From positions 7,752,001 to 7,816,000 of the forward strand of contig CM075994.1 of NCBI GenBank assembly GCA_038087875.1: 64,000 nucleotides of DNA, given 5' to 3'. The notes beneath the pieces are model-generated. The model was not told the origin of the DNA. It made no database searches and was given only the letters and a program-made list of their open reading frames with translations. Positions 22,456 through 36,700 of the stretch are shown one piece after another (the stretch's first letter is position 1; each line of letters opens with the position of its first letter). A program made the translations under genes and the position numbers. The stretch comes from Malacoraja senta (Eukaryota).

Positions 22456-25322
22456 ATGGAGTTTATTTCGATAATATGAGGTGTTTCTTCTGGAAACACA
22501 ATGAATTAAGTCGCATGGCAAGTGGGACTGGCTTGTTTTAGCAATTTGGTCAGCATGGTTGAGTTGGGTCAAAGGCCCCGTTTCCATGCTAAATAGCTCT
22601 ATGTCTATGTCCTTACCACTTTAATCTCTAATCCAAGAAATGAATTATCTTCACCCCACCCCACCCTCTCCAATTATTTGAATTTAAGAACCAGGAATCA
22701 GCTCTGTGCAGTTTTCATTTACTCCAGATAGAATAGCAAAATGATTAAATTGCCAGAATAAATAGTCAGGAGTTCAGAACCATTGATAAGTTCAAAATCC
22801 ATTATGGCAAGTTGGAATTTAAATCTGAATCATCGATAAAGTCTAAAATCTTTTTTAAATGCTGATGTCTGTCACAGCAACTGAAGAACGACCAAATTTC
22901 TGATTAAACACATTGAGTTCACTGACGTCATTCAGAGAAAGAAATTTGCCATCGATACCCAATCTGTTCAGCAGGTAGCTCTCAACTGTCTCATCAATTC
23001 AAGTTCAATTAGGAATGGGCAATAAATTCAGCATTGCTATCTGCTGAATACATGAATGCCAAAAGACTCCCTCACCTTGATCTTTTATGTCCTTGTCCTC
23101 AAGATTGTCTGATCCACTTGGATGCCCCCCCCCCCCCCCCCCCTCAGCTCCCTCACCTTGATCTTTTATGTCCTTGTCCTTTTTGGTCTTGAACTATAAC
23201 TGCTGTAGAAATTACCAACATTTCTGGTTGAGATTCTGTGTCAGGATCAGGTCTCAACCACAAAATAGTTCCTACCACTCCCCCCAACCCATATGCTGCC
23301 TCAGCCATTGAATTCCCACAGCATTTTGTATCTTGCTCCAGATTTCAGTATTTCTTGTGTCTGCCTTCTGATCTGACTGCTGTAGTTATTCCAATGAAAC
23401 ATCCTTTGTGATTTGCAGTTTTGATGTTTTATCTCTTTAAATGCTAGTTTTGATCGTGATCAACCACATTATGTCTTCAAATGCCATATACTATCAACTT
23501 TGGTGGGACTGTTCATATTGGTTCCATTATTACTCAAAGAATGCCTCTGATCACTCTTCCAGCCCCACCACCCTGGCTTCAATTTTCTGAAAGTCTATTC
23601 ATAGCTGCCGCTTCCATTATCTGTTTGGTGTCCAACAATGACTGCTGATATACAAGATTAGAATTCCCCTGTGATGCCAACCTCCACCCTTTAAGCCTTA
23701 TCGTGGTACTGCATTATTTCTAATCACTACTTTCATTTTCAAAAATGATACCTTGTTCCATCTTTAATGTTGCTCCATTTAACACTACTTTATTGTCAAA
23801 ACTTGCTTTGCCTGCTGCCTCCAACATTGCCTATTACCAACCTGTGCCCTCTGTGGAATCAACCCGTCCAACATTCTGCTGCACATTTTCTGTTTTGTAC
23901 AATAATCAGTCCCCTCCTTACCAAGTTCGTATAGATTATAGCTCGCAAAAACAGAAATTTAAAGTTCTAATCTTTTTTATTTCAATTTGATACCGCTATT
24001 TCTCTTCCCATCTCCATATATGCACCCATGCAAAAAACAAAAATTTTCCTATATTAATATGTAATGCATTTTTAAGTTATTTTGTGCTAAGAAATATCAA
24101 AGGCACCATATAAATGCACTTCCTGCCATTTTAACCAAGATTTTTTAATCCATATTTTTTCCCTATTGCTTGGTATCTATATGATCCTTTCATCTGTGCC
24201 CGGCCAATTAAAAGGTCCTTGAAGAACATCATTCTGCTCTGGGTTGTATGAAGTCCAAATGCAACACGTTTTAAAGCAGTGGTATGTTCCTGAACTATTT
24301 TCTAGCTAATGATGTAGCATTCAAGTTATGTTCCATTTCAGTTTTTATAAGCCACCAATCAAGCCCTTCTCAGCCACTTTTAACGTAGATAGAACAGTGC
24401 AGCACAGGAAAGGTTCTTCATTCAACAATGTGTGCTCTGTCAATTCTCTGCCCGTACCTGATCCATATCCCCCCCAGACCCTGCATATCCATCTATAAAC
24501 CTCATAAATGCCACTGGCCCCTGTTGCATTCACCACCATCCTTGGCAGCAGTTTCAAGGCAAGTACTACTCAGTTTACAAACAACATTCATTGCACATCT
24601 TCAACATTTCTCACTCTGACCCTAAAACTATGCCCACTAGTCTTAGATTTTTCTACCCTGGGAAAAACATTCTGAGTCATTTAATATACTTCTACCAGAT
24701 TCTATCATAATTTAATATACTTCTACCAGATTACCCCATAATCTCTGAATCTCCAGAAGAAACAATCCAAGTTTGTCCAACCTTTCCTTGTAGCTAATAT
24801 CCTCTAATTCAGGCAGCATTCTAGTAAACCATTTCTACACCCAATCATTCAAAGATACTTTATTGTCACATGTACAATGCTTTGTAAGTGCAATGCTTTG
24901 TTTTACATAAAACCGGTAAAATCATACAGCAGTCCTCACCTTGGCAGTACACAAGAACCACCATGTTTCTGGCACCAACAAAGTTACGAAGGTTCACCAA
25001 ATAGTCCTATCTTCTCCCCACAAGGTTCACCCTTCATTCTTGGCGGCCTCCTGCCGGGTGGCTCGGCAACCCTCCTCGCTCTCCCCTCTGCACTCGATGG
25101 TCAACCCTTGTCCACAGTGGGCGCGCTGGACCTATCGGGTGGGGTCCTTGGTCGAGCGGTGGACGAGCCGGTCCTGCTGGTGGTTTTGGCCACGGCTCAC
25201 CAGAATACTCCCGCCACATGGCTTCCAGGATACTCCATATCCATACCGTAATGGGGTGACTAGACTGCACACAATACTCCAAATGTGGCCGAACCAAAGT
25301 TGTATAAAGCTACAACATGACT

Positions 25323-26275
25323 TAGGAATGTTACAACATTTTGAGATTTTAAATATCAAGTCTGTAATTTATCCCATCAGATAAAGCATAAAAAGAAGTT
25401 TAATTTGACACCTAATTCACTTTCATATCTTCAGTATTAAAAAAGTTATGGCCATTTTCATACTTGGAAATTAGCATCTTGTTCCCTATTGCTTTTTCCA
25501 TTGACTTAACACAAATGCTGTGATCGAGGACAGTCAAAAGCCCATAACTTTCTTAAAAATTAAGAGAACTGAAAGAAATTTTCAGTTATTATAGATTGTT
25601 TCATATTTGTTTCAGAATACTTCAATCTTACTTGGATGACCTGAAATTAAAGCTTATAATTAGTTAGTTACCCAATTGTAGCTAATTTCAAAATTCAATT
25701 ACTAGATCTAAACATCTATCCATTTCTTAAGAAAAGATTAACATTTTTAAATAGCCTAAGTGTCCAAATAACATTCACACAAGAATTCACAATATAACAT
25801 GATTTTTAAATCCCATTGTCATGAATTTATAGGCCAAATGGAAGGAATTAAGTGTTTAATTCCTGTAAATTAATGGCCATTTAAATCATCTTGCGAGTGG
25901 GATTTTGTGGAACGCGATCAATTGGAACGTTGCGGTTGCGGTGAATTTAAACCCCATATCGGCTGGAAAAATACTGCCGGTTCGTATATTTACATAATCA
26001 CCTTTTCGCAACGTAACATTTAGCTGCTTTTTAGTTTACTCCAGCGCTGAAATTGTCCAGCGATTTATTAAAAAAATTGTTAAAAATTCACAGAACGGCC
26101 GTCGAACAAATCTTCAGCAAAAGCTCGCACCCCGAGAAAATATATGCAGGACAGGTAGGAGAAAAACGGCATTTTAACCCTGCCCCCCCCCCCCCCTCAC
26201 AAAGGCGCCAAATTTGCGCACAGAGACAGTGACAGAACTGCAGCGCTGCTGAAGGTAAGTTTTATAACATACCTA
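25323..26275 (-). mobile_element. ~1 kb non-autonomous DNA transposon, copy 2
   Basis: TIRs TAGGAATGTTACAA / TTATAACATACCTA; direct repeat CATGACT; empty site CAACATGACTTCC in duplicate unit B (~31391-31403). Confidence 0.9.
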
Positions 26276-27059
26276 CATGACTTCCTGGTTCTAATAGTCA
26301 ATGCCTCGGCCGATGAAGGCAAGCATACCATATGCATTCTTTACCACTCTTATCTACTAGTGTTGCCACTTCCAGGGCGCTATGATCCCAAGATCATAGC
26401 TCCAAGATCCCTCTGTACATAAATGCTGTTAAGGGTCTTGTGTGCTTTCCCCTTACATTCAACCTCCCAAAGAGTAATACGTCACTCTTGCTCAGTGTAA
26501 CCTCCATTTGTCTGCTCATAATTAAATGATCTAAATCCTGCTGTATCCTTTGACAACCTTCCTCACTGTTCGCAACCACCAATTTTGGTGTCATCTGCAA
26601 ACTTTCTAACCATCTATATTTATGTCCAAGTCATTTATATATTACAAAATGTTTCTGAAATGGCTATAATATCCCAGTCCCCTGAACCAATCTATGCCCA
26701 GAGTTTGTCCACCTTACTTGTTAAGCCTCTGGAATTGAAATAAATTCAGTTGAAATCACTTCTTTCCTCCCATTGCCATACGATTCTCTATTTATTTGAT
26801 CAATCTTGCCCTCTTTCAATATAGTATTTGCCCCAATGTCTCATCTGAGGGAAGCCATTAAGTTAATGTTACAGGAAAAAATGGGAAAGGGTAACTTTAG
26901 AGGTAACTGGATTGCATACTATTTCTTTTCTGTGGATATCAATTGGCTTGGATTCCAATCTGAATCTGCTCTTGTGTACCTTGTGTCAGCTCTATCAATC
27001 TCACTTGTACTACTATCCTGTCTTCGCCTGAGCACTGCATTTTTTTCCTTACCAGTACT

Positions 27060-27545
27060 TAGAAACATAGAAAATAGGTGCAGGAGGAGGCCATTCGGCT
27101 CTTCGAGCCATTCATTGTGATCATGGCTGATCGTCCCCAATCAATAATCCGTGCCTGCCTTTTCCCCATATCCCTTGATTCCACTAGCCCCTAGAGCTCT
27201 ATCTAACTCTCTCTTAAATCCATCCAGCGATTTGGCCTCCACTGCCCTCTGTGGCAGGGAATTCCACAAATTCACAACTCTGGGTGAAAACGTTTTTTCT
27301 CACCTCAGTCTTAAATGGCCTCCCCTTTATTCTAAGACTGTGGCCCTTGGTTCTGGACTCGCCCAACATTGGGAACATTTTTCCTGCACCTAGCTTGTCC
27401 AGTCCTTTTATCGTTTTATATGTTTCTATAAGATACCCCCTCATCCTTGTAAACTCCAGTGAATACAAGCCTAGTCTTTTCAATCTTTCCTCATATGACA
27501 GTCCCGCCATCCCAGGGATCAATCTCGTGAACTTATGCTGCACTG
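27060..27545 (-). mobile_element. CR1 3' end cut off at the duplication junction
   Basis: Same insertion site and sequence as 33714-34206. Confidence 0.88.
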
Positions 27546-27558
27546 TCACAGAAATACA

Positions 27559-28560
27559 TCGAATTGGCAAAAATACTTCATCCTCAGTAACAATCAGTAC
27601 GGGAGCATCTCAAGGCTGTGTGCTCAGACCCCTGCTCTACTAACTCTATACTCATGACTGTAGCCGGACACAGTGCGAACTCCATCTTCAAGTTGGCCGA
27701 CGACACCACTGTTGTGGGAGGAATTACAGATGGTGACGAGTCAGAGTATAGAAGTGAGATCGACCGACTGACCAAATGGTGCCAGCACAACAACCTGGCT
27801 CTCAATATCAGTAAAACCAATGTGGACTTTGGAAGAGGAAGGATGAGGACCCACAATCCTGTTTATATCAATGGGACGATGGTGGAGAGTCAAAAACTTC
27901 AGATTCCTTGGCGCGCATATTTCCAAAGATCTTTCCTGGACCCAGCACACTGATGCAATTATAAAGAAAGCACAGCAGCGCCTTACTTCCTGGGAAGATT
28001 AAGGAGAATCAGAGGATTCTTTTGAACTTCCACAGATGCACAGTAGCGAGCATATTGTCTGGTTGCATCATGGCCTTGTTCGGCAACTTGAACATCCAGG
28101 AGCGGAAAAATCTGCAAAAAGTTGGGAACACTGCCAAGTCCATCACCGGCTCTGACCTCCCCACCATCGAAGGGATTTATCGGAGTTGCTGCCTCAAAAA
28201 GGGAGCCAACATCATCAGAGACTCACACCATCCTGGCCACACACTCATCGCACCACTGCCATTGGGAAGAAGGTACAGGAGCCTGAAAACTAACGTCCAG
28301 GAACAGCTTCTTCCCTACAGCCTTCAGGCTACTAAACACTACAACCTGATATAAGCTCTGAACTACAATAGACTATTATTATTATTATTGCACTATTATT
28401 GTTTGTTTTTGGAGTGTGTGTGTGTGCATATACACACTGAACTTTTTTTCCTCTCGTTTATCATTATTTACAGTGTACTATATTCTGTTGTGCTGCAGCA
28501 AGTAAGAATTTCATTGTTCCATCTGGGACATATGACAATAAAATACTCTTGACTCTTGAT
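27559..28560 (+). mobile_element. Duplicated 3' half of the Rex1/Babar LINE
   Basis: Paralogous to 21476-22455; [10 protein letters not shown] motif. Confidence 0.88.
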
Positions 28561-31500
28561 GGAGTTTATCTCCGATAAATATGAGGTGTTTCATTCCGGA
28601 AACACAATGAATTAAGTCGCATGGCAAGTGGGACTGGCTTGTTTTGGCAATTTGGTCAGCATGATTGAGTTGGGTCAAAGGCCCCGATTCCATGCTAAAT
28701 AGCTCTATGTCTATGTCCTTACTACTTTAATCTCTAATCCAAGAAAGGAATTCTCTTCACCCCACCCACCCCTCTCGAATTATTTGAACTTAAGAACAAG
28801 GAATCAGCTCTGTGCAGTTTTGATTTACTCCAGGATAGAATAGCAAAATGAATAAATTGCCAGAATATTAGCCAGGAGTTCAGAACCATTGATAAGTTCA
28901 AAATCCATTATGGCAAGTTGGAATTTAAATCTGAATCTTTTTTTAAATGCTGATGTCTGTCACAGCAACTGAAGAACGACCAAATTTCTGCTAGAACACC
29001 GAGTTCACTGACGTCCTTCAGAGAAAGAAATTTGCCATCCATACCCAACCTGTTCCGCAGGTAGCTCTCAACTGTCTCATCAATTCAAGTTCAATTAGGA
29101 ATGGGCAATAAATGTCAGCATTGCTATCTGCTGAATACATGAATGCCAAAAGACTCCCTCACCTTGATCTTTTATGTCCTCAAGATTGTGTGATCCACTT
29201 GGATGCCCCCCCCCCTCAGGCTCCCTCACCTTGATCTTTTATGTCCTTGTCCTTTTTGATCTTGTGCTAAAAAAACTGCTGTAGAAATTACCAACATTTC
29301 TGGTTGAGATTCTGTATCAGGATCAGGTCTCAACCACAAAATAGTTCCTACCACTCCCCAACCATACACAAACACACACATGCTGCCTCAGTATTTCAAT
29401 ATTTCTTGTGTCTGCCTTCTGATCTGACTGCTGTAGTTATTCCGATGAAACATCCTTTGTGATTTGCAATTTTGATGTTTTATCTCTTTTAAACGCTAGT
29501 TTTTGATGTGATCCAACCACATTATATCTTCAAATGCTATATACTATCAACTTTGGTGGGACTGTCCATATTGGTTCCATTATTACTCAAAGAATGCCTC
29601 TGATCACTCTTCCAGCCCCACCACCCTGGCTTCAATTTTCTGAAAGTCTATTCATAGCTGCCGCTTCCATTATCTGTTTGGTGTCCAACAATGACTGCTG
29701 ATATACAAGATTAGGATTCCCCTGTGATGCCAACCTCCACCCTTCAAGCCTTATCATGGTACTGCATTATTTCTAATCACTACTTTCATTTTCAAAAATG
29801 ATACCTTGTTCCATCTTTAATGTTGCTCCATTTAACACTACTTTATTGTCAAAACTTGCTTTGCCTGCTGCCTCCAACATTGCCTATTACCAACCTGTGC
29901 CCTCTGTGGAAACAACCCATCCAACATTCTGCTGCACATTTTCTGTTTTGTACAATAATCAGTCCCCTCCTTACCAAGTTCGTATAGATTATAACTCGCA
30001 AAAACAGAATTTTAAAGTTCTAATTTTTTTTATTTCAATTTGATACCGCTATTTCTCTTCCCATCTCCATATATGCACCATGCAAATAACACAATTTTTC
30101 CTATATTAATATTTAATGCACTTTTTAAGTTACTTTTGCTAAGAAATATCAAAGGCACCATATAAATGCACTTCCTGCCATTTTAACCAAGATTTTTTTA
30201 TCCATATTTTTTCCCTATGGCTTGGTATCTATATGATCCTTTCATCTGTGCCCGGCCAATTAAAAGGTCTTTGAAGAACATCATTCTGCCCTGGGTTGTA
30301 TGAAGTCCAAATGCAGCACCTTTTAAAGCAGTGGTATGTTCCTGAACTATTGTGTAGCTAATGATGCAGCATTTAAGTTATGTTCCATTTCAGTTTTTAT
30401 AAGCCACCAATCAAGCCCTTCTCAGCCACTTTTAACATAGATAGAACAGTGCAGCACAGGAAAGGTTTTTCATCCAACAATGTGTGCTCTGTCAATTCTC
30501 TGCCCGCACGTGATCCATATCCCCCCCAGACCCTGCATATCCATCTATAAACCTCATAAATGCCACTGGCCCCTGTCGCATTCACCACCATCCTTGGCAG
30601 CAGATTCAAGGCATGTACTACTCTGTGTACAAACAAAACATTCATTGCACATCTTTAAAATTTCTCACTCTGACCCTGAAGCTATGCCCACTAGTCTTAG
30701 ATTTTTCTACCCTGGGAAAAATATTCTGAGTCATTTAATATACTTCTACCAGATTCTATCATAATTTAATATACTTCTACCAGAATTCCCCATAATCTCT
30801 GAAACTCCAGAAGAAACAATCCAAGTTTGTCCAACCTTTCCTTGTAGCTAATATCCACTAATTCGGGCAGCATTCTAGTAAACCTTTTCTACACCCAATC
30901 ATTCAAAGATATTTTATTGTCACATGTACAATGCTTTGTAAGTGCAATGCTTTGTTTTACATAAAACCGGTAAAATCATACAGCAGTCCTCACCTAGGCA
31001 GTACTCAAGAACCGCCATGTTTCTGGCACCAACAAAGTTACAAAAGTTCACCAAATAGTCCTATCTTCTCCCCGCAAGGTTCCCCCTTCATTCTTGGCGG
31101 CCTCCTGCCGGGTGGCTCGGTCACCCTCCTCGCTCTCTCTCGCCTCTGCACTTGATGGTCTCCCGCGGCATCAACCCCTGTCCACAGTGGGCACGCTGGG
31201 CCTATCGGATGGGTCCTTGGTCGAGCGGTGGACGAGCCGGTCCTGCTGGTGGTTTTGGCCACGGCTCACCGGAATACTCCCGGCACATGGCTTCCAGGAT
31301 ACTCCAGATCCTCCATATCCATACTGTAAAGGGGTGACTAGACTGCACACAATACTCCAAATGTGGCCGAACCAAAGTTGTATAAAGCTACAACATGACT
31401 TCCTGGTTCTAATAGTCAATGCCTCGGCCGATGAAGGCAAGCATACCATATACATTCTTTACCACTCTTATCTACCAGTGTTGCCACTTCCAGGGAGCTA

Positions 31501-32098
31501 TAAATTAAAGCCCCAAGATCCCTCTGTACATAAATGCTGTTAAGGGTCTTCTCATTAACTGTGTACTTTCCCCTTACATTCAACCTCCCAAAGAGTAATA
31601 CGTCACTCTTGCTCAGTGTAACCTCCATTTGTCTGCTCATAATTAAATGATCTAAATCCTGCTGTATCCTTTGACAACCTTCCTCACTGTTCGCAACAAC
31701 CAATTTTGGTGTCATCTGCAAACTTTCTAACCATCTATATTTATGTCCAAGTCATTTATATATTACAAAATGTTTCTGAAATGGCTATAATATCCCAGTC
31801 CCCTGAACCAATCCATGCGCTGGATTTGTCCACCTTACTTGTTAAGCCTCTGGAATTGAAATAAATTCAGTTGAAATCACTTCTTTCCTCCCTTTGCCAT
31901 ACAATTCTCTATTTATTTGATCAATCTTGCCATCTTTCAATATAGTATTTGCCCCAATGTCTCATCTGAGGAAAGCCATTGTTAATGTTGCAGGAAAAAA
32001 TGGGAAAAGGGTAACTTTAGAGGTAACTGGATTGCGTACTATTTCTTTTCTGTGGATATCAATTGGCTTGGATTCCAATCTGAATCTGCTCTTGTGTA

Positions 32099-33145
32099 AA
32101 GAGTAGGAGTAAACGGGTCCTTTTCAGAATGGCAGGCAGTGACTAGTGGGGTACCGGAAGGCTCAGTGCAGGGACCCCAGCTATTTACAATATATATTAA
32201 TGATTTGGACGAGGGAATTGAATGCAACATCTCCAAGTTTGCGGATGACACGAAGCTGGGGGGCAGTGTTAGCTGTGAGGAGGGTGCTAGGAGGCTGCAA
32301 GATGACTTGGATAGGCTGGGTGAGTGGGCAAATGCATGGCAGATGCAGTATAATGTGGATAAATGTGAGGTTATCCACTTTGGTGGCAAAAACAGGAAAG
32401 TGGACTATTACCTGAATGGTGGCCGATTAGGAAAAGGGGAGATGCAACGAGACCTGGGTGTCATGGTACACTAGTCATTGAAAGTAGGCATGGAGGTGCA
32501 GCAGGCAGTGAAGAAAGCGAATGGTATGTTAGCATTCATAGCAAAAGGATTTCAGTATCGGAGCAGGAAGGTTCTACTGCAGTTGTACAGGGTCTTTGTG
32601 AGGCGACACCTGGAGTATTGCGTACAGTTTTGGTCTCCTAATCTGAGGAAGGACATTCTTGCCATTGAGGGAGTACAGAGAAGGCTCACCAGACTGATTC
32701 CTGGGATGTCAGGACTTTCATATGAAGAAAGACTGGATAGACTCGGCTTGTACTCGCTAGAATTTAGAAGATTGAGGGGGGATCTTATAGAAACTTACAA
32801 AATTATTAAGGGGTTGGACAGGCTAGATGCAGGAAGATTGTTCCCGATGTTGGGGAAGTCCAGAACAAGGGGTCACAATGAGAAAAACATGTTTTACACA
32901 GAGAGTGATGAATCTCTGGAATTCTCTGTCACAGAATGTAGTTGTGGCCAGTTCATTGGCTATATTTAAGAGGGAGTTAGATGTAGCCCTTGTGGCTAAA
33001 GGGATCAGGGGGTATGGAGAGAAAGCAGGTACAGGATACTGAGTTGGATGATCAGCCATGATCATATTGAATGGCGGTGCAGGCTCGAAGGGCCGAATGG
33101 CCTACTCCTGCACCTATTTTCTATGTTTCTATGTCTATGTTTCTA
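32099..33145 (+). mobile_element. 5'-truncated CR1 LINE specific to unit B
   Basis: RT motifs; TGTGTA on both sides; empty site CTCTTGTGTACCTTGT at ~26969-26984 in unit A. Confidence 0.93.
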
Positions 33146-33713
33146 TGTGTACCTTGTACTGCTATTAAGTTGAAATGAATGGGACCCTCCTCTTCACATG
33201 TGAATAAAGATAACTACTTCTGATATTAGTCTCTGTAATACTTTATTGGAATAGACGCACAGAGTCTTTTGCCCAGAGTAGGGGAATTGAGAATCTAAAG
33301 ACATTGGTTTGAGATGAGGGGGGAAAGGGTTAAAGAAAAGTCAGCCAGAAAGGCCAAAGGAGGAGAAGGACTTGGGTTAGGAAAGACTGCACTTTAACTT
33401 TCTTCAGCCTGTACTTTAACTAACCTATGTACAGCTTCTGTCACAGAAATACTTGTATCAATTTGGCTGATAAAGGTGTGTGGATCTTTAAGATGCCTCC
33501 ATGTTATTCCAGGAACGGCAGTGTCATAATTTGTAGGCCATTGTTGCATGGTAAAGCAATTTAACCTTTTTGAATTTTGAGAGCAAAAGACAATGTGATC
33601 TTACAGATTTCATAGTCTTGTTTAGCCCATTGTGTGTCAGCTCTGTCAATCTCACTTGTCCTACTATCCTGTCTTCGCCTTAGCACTGCAATGTTGTTTC
33701 CTTTCCAGTACTT

Positions 33714-36700
33714 AGAAACATAGAAAATAGGTGCAGGCGGAGGCCATTCGGCCCTTTGAGCCAGCACCACCATTTATTGTGATCATGGCTGATCGTCCCC
33801 AATCAATAACCCGTGCCTGCCTTTTCCCCATATCCCTTGATTCCACTAGCCCCTAGAGCTCTATCTAACCCTCTCTTAAATCGATCCAGTGATTTGGCCT
33901 CCACTGCCCTCTGTGGCAGGGAATTCCACAAATTCACAACCCTCTGGGTGAAAACGTTTTTCTCACCTCAGTCTTAAATGGCCTCCCCTTTAGTCTAACA
34001 CTGTGGCCCCTGGTTCTGGACTCGCCCAACATTGGGAACATTTTTCCTGCATCTAGCTTGTCCAGTCCTTTAATAATTTTATATGTTTCTATAAGATCCC
34101 CTCATCCTTCTAAACTCCAGTGAATATAAGCCTAGTCTTTTCAATCTTTCCTCGTATGACAGTCCCGCCATCCCAGGGATCAATCTCGTGAACCTACGAT
34201 GCACTGCCTCAATCACAAGGATGTCCTTCCTCAAATTCGGAGACCAAAACTGTAAGCAATACTCCAGATGTGGTCTCACCAGAGCCCTATACAACTGCAG
34301 AAGATCCTCTCTACTCCTATACTGAAATCTTCTTGTTATGAAGGCCAACATTCCATTAGCTTTCTTCACTGCCTGCTGCACCTACACGCCAACTTTCAGT
34401 GACCGATGCACAAGGACTCCCAGGTCTCGCTGTGCCTCCCCCTTACCTAACCTAACCCCATTGAGATAATAATCTGTCCCCTTGTTTTTGCCACCAAAGT
34501 GGATAACCTCACATTTATCTATATTATACTGCATCTGCCCACTCAACCTGTCCAGGTCACCCTGCAACCTCCTAACATCCTCTTCACAGTTCACACTGCC
34601 ACCCAGCTTTGTGTCATCCGCAAACTTGCTAGTGTTGCTCCTAATTCCCTCTTCCAAATCATTAATATATATGGTAAACAGTTGCGGCCCCAACACCGAG
34701 CCTTGCGGCACTCCACTCGCCACTGCCTGCCATTCTGAAAAGGACCTGTTCACTCCTACTCTTTGCTTCCTGTCTGTCAACCAATTTTCTATCCATGTCA
34801 ACACCCTACCCCCAATACCATGTGCTCTAATTTTAGACACCAGTCTCCTGTGCGGGACCTTATCAAAGGCTTTCTGAAAGTCTAGATACACTACATCCAC
34901 TGGTTCCCTTTCATCCATTTTACTTGTCACATCCTCAAAAAATTCCAGAAGATTAATCAAGCATGATTTTCCTTTAATAAATCCATGCTGACTTGGACTA
35001 ATCCTTTTACTGCTATCCAAATGCCCCATTATTACCTCTTTAATAATTGACTCCAGCATCTTTCCCACCACCGAAGTCAGGCTAACTGGTCAGTAATTCC
35101 CTGTTTTCTCTCTCGCTCCTTTCTTGAAAAGTGGTATAACATTAGTTATCCTCCAATTCACAGGAACTGATCCTGAATCTATTGAACATTGGAAAATGAT
35201 CACCAATGCGTCCACTATTTCTAGAGCCACCTCCCTGAGGACCCTGGGATGCAGACCATCAGGCCCTGGGGATTTATCATCCTCCATTAGCCTACCCAAT
35301 ACTATCTCTAGCCTAATGAAAATCTCTTTCAGTTCCTCGACCCCCCCTTAGATCCTCTGTCCTCCAGTACATCTGGGAGATTGTTTGTGTCTTCCTCAGT
35401 GAGGACAGATCCGAAGTACCTGTTCAACTCTTCTGCCATTTCCTTGTTCCCCATAATAATTTCACCCGTTTCTGCCTTCAAGGGAGCCACATTTGACTTT
35501 GCTATTCTTTTTCCCTTAACATATCTAAAGAACCTTTTACTGTCCTTCTTTAAATTCCTGGCCAGCTTCCCTTCGTACTTCATCTTTTCAGCCCGTATTG
35601 CCCGTTTTGTTTCCTTCTGTTGTCCTATGAAAGTTTCCCAATCGTCTGGCTTCTGGCTACTCTTTGCTGTGTTATACATCTTTTCTTTTAGTTTTATTCT
35701 ATCCCTAACTTCTCTTGTCAGCCACGGTTGCCTCCTACTCCCCTTAGAATCTTTCTTCCTTTTTGGAATGAAATGATCCTGTGTCTTCCGGATTATGCCC
35801 AGAAATTCCTGCCATTGCTGTTCCACCGTCATTCCTGCTAGTATCCCTTTCCAGTCTACCTTGGCCAGCTCCTCTCTCATGCCTTCATAATCCCCTTTGT
35901 TCAACTGCATCAGTGCCACTTCCGATTTAACCTTCTCCTTCTCAAATTGCAGATTAAAACTAATCATTTTATGATCACTACCTCCAAGCGGTTCCTTTAC
36001 CTTGAGTTCTCTTATCAAATTTGGTTCATTGGACAACACTAAATCCAGAATTGCCTTTTCTCTGTTCGGCTCCATTACAAGCTGCTCTAAGAATCCATCT
36101 CGGAGGCACTCTACAAACTCTCTTTCTTGGGGTCCTGAAACAACCTGATTTTCCCAGTCTACCTGCATATTGAAATCCCCCATCACAACAGTGGCATTAC
36201 CTTTGTTACATGCCAGTTTTAACTCCTGCTGCAACTTACACCCTACATCTGGGCTACTATTTGGGGGTCTGTAGATAACACCAATTAGTGTCTTCTTGCC
36301 TTTGCAATTCCTCAACTCAATCCACAGTGACTCTACCTTGTCAGTCCCTATGTCTTCCCTCGCAAGGGACTGAATTCCATTCCTCACCAGAAGAGCTACC
36401 CCCTCCTCTGCCCACCTGCCTGTCCTTTCCATAGGATGTATAGCCCTGAATATTGTTCCCAGACCCGATCCTGCTGCAGCCACGTCTCGGTAATCCCTAC
36501 AGTGTCATATGTACCAACCTCTATCTGAGCATCAAGCTCATCTACTTTACTTATACTTCGCGCATTCAAATACTGTACTTTTAATTCCTTACGCATCTCA
36601 CCATTCACATCGATCCCTATTACACTTGGCCATACTCTCCTATCCCTCTGTGAGCTTTCTTTCCCGTTAATTCTGGGGTCATTAACTATCCCTTTACTCC

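Larger units (their letters stand above)
21476..34206 (+). repeat. Tandem segmental duplication: unit A 21476-27545, unit B 27559-34206
   Basis: Colinear high similarity throughout (e.g. ORFs 23745-23990 vs 29798-30043); units differ by later insertions and deletions. Confidence 0.93.

Noticed and set aside
23745..30043. Two near-identical 81-aa ORFs suggesting a conserved small gene pair
   Set aside because: Explained by the tandem duplication; no recognisable domain or exon structure.
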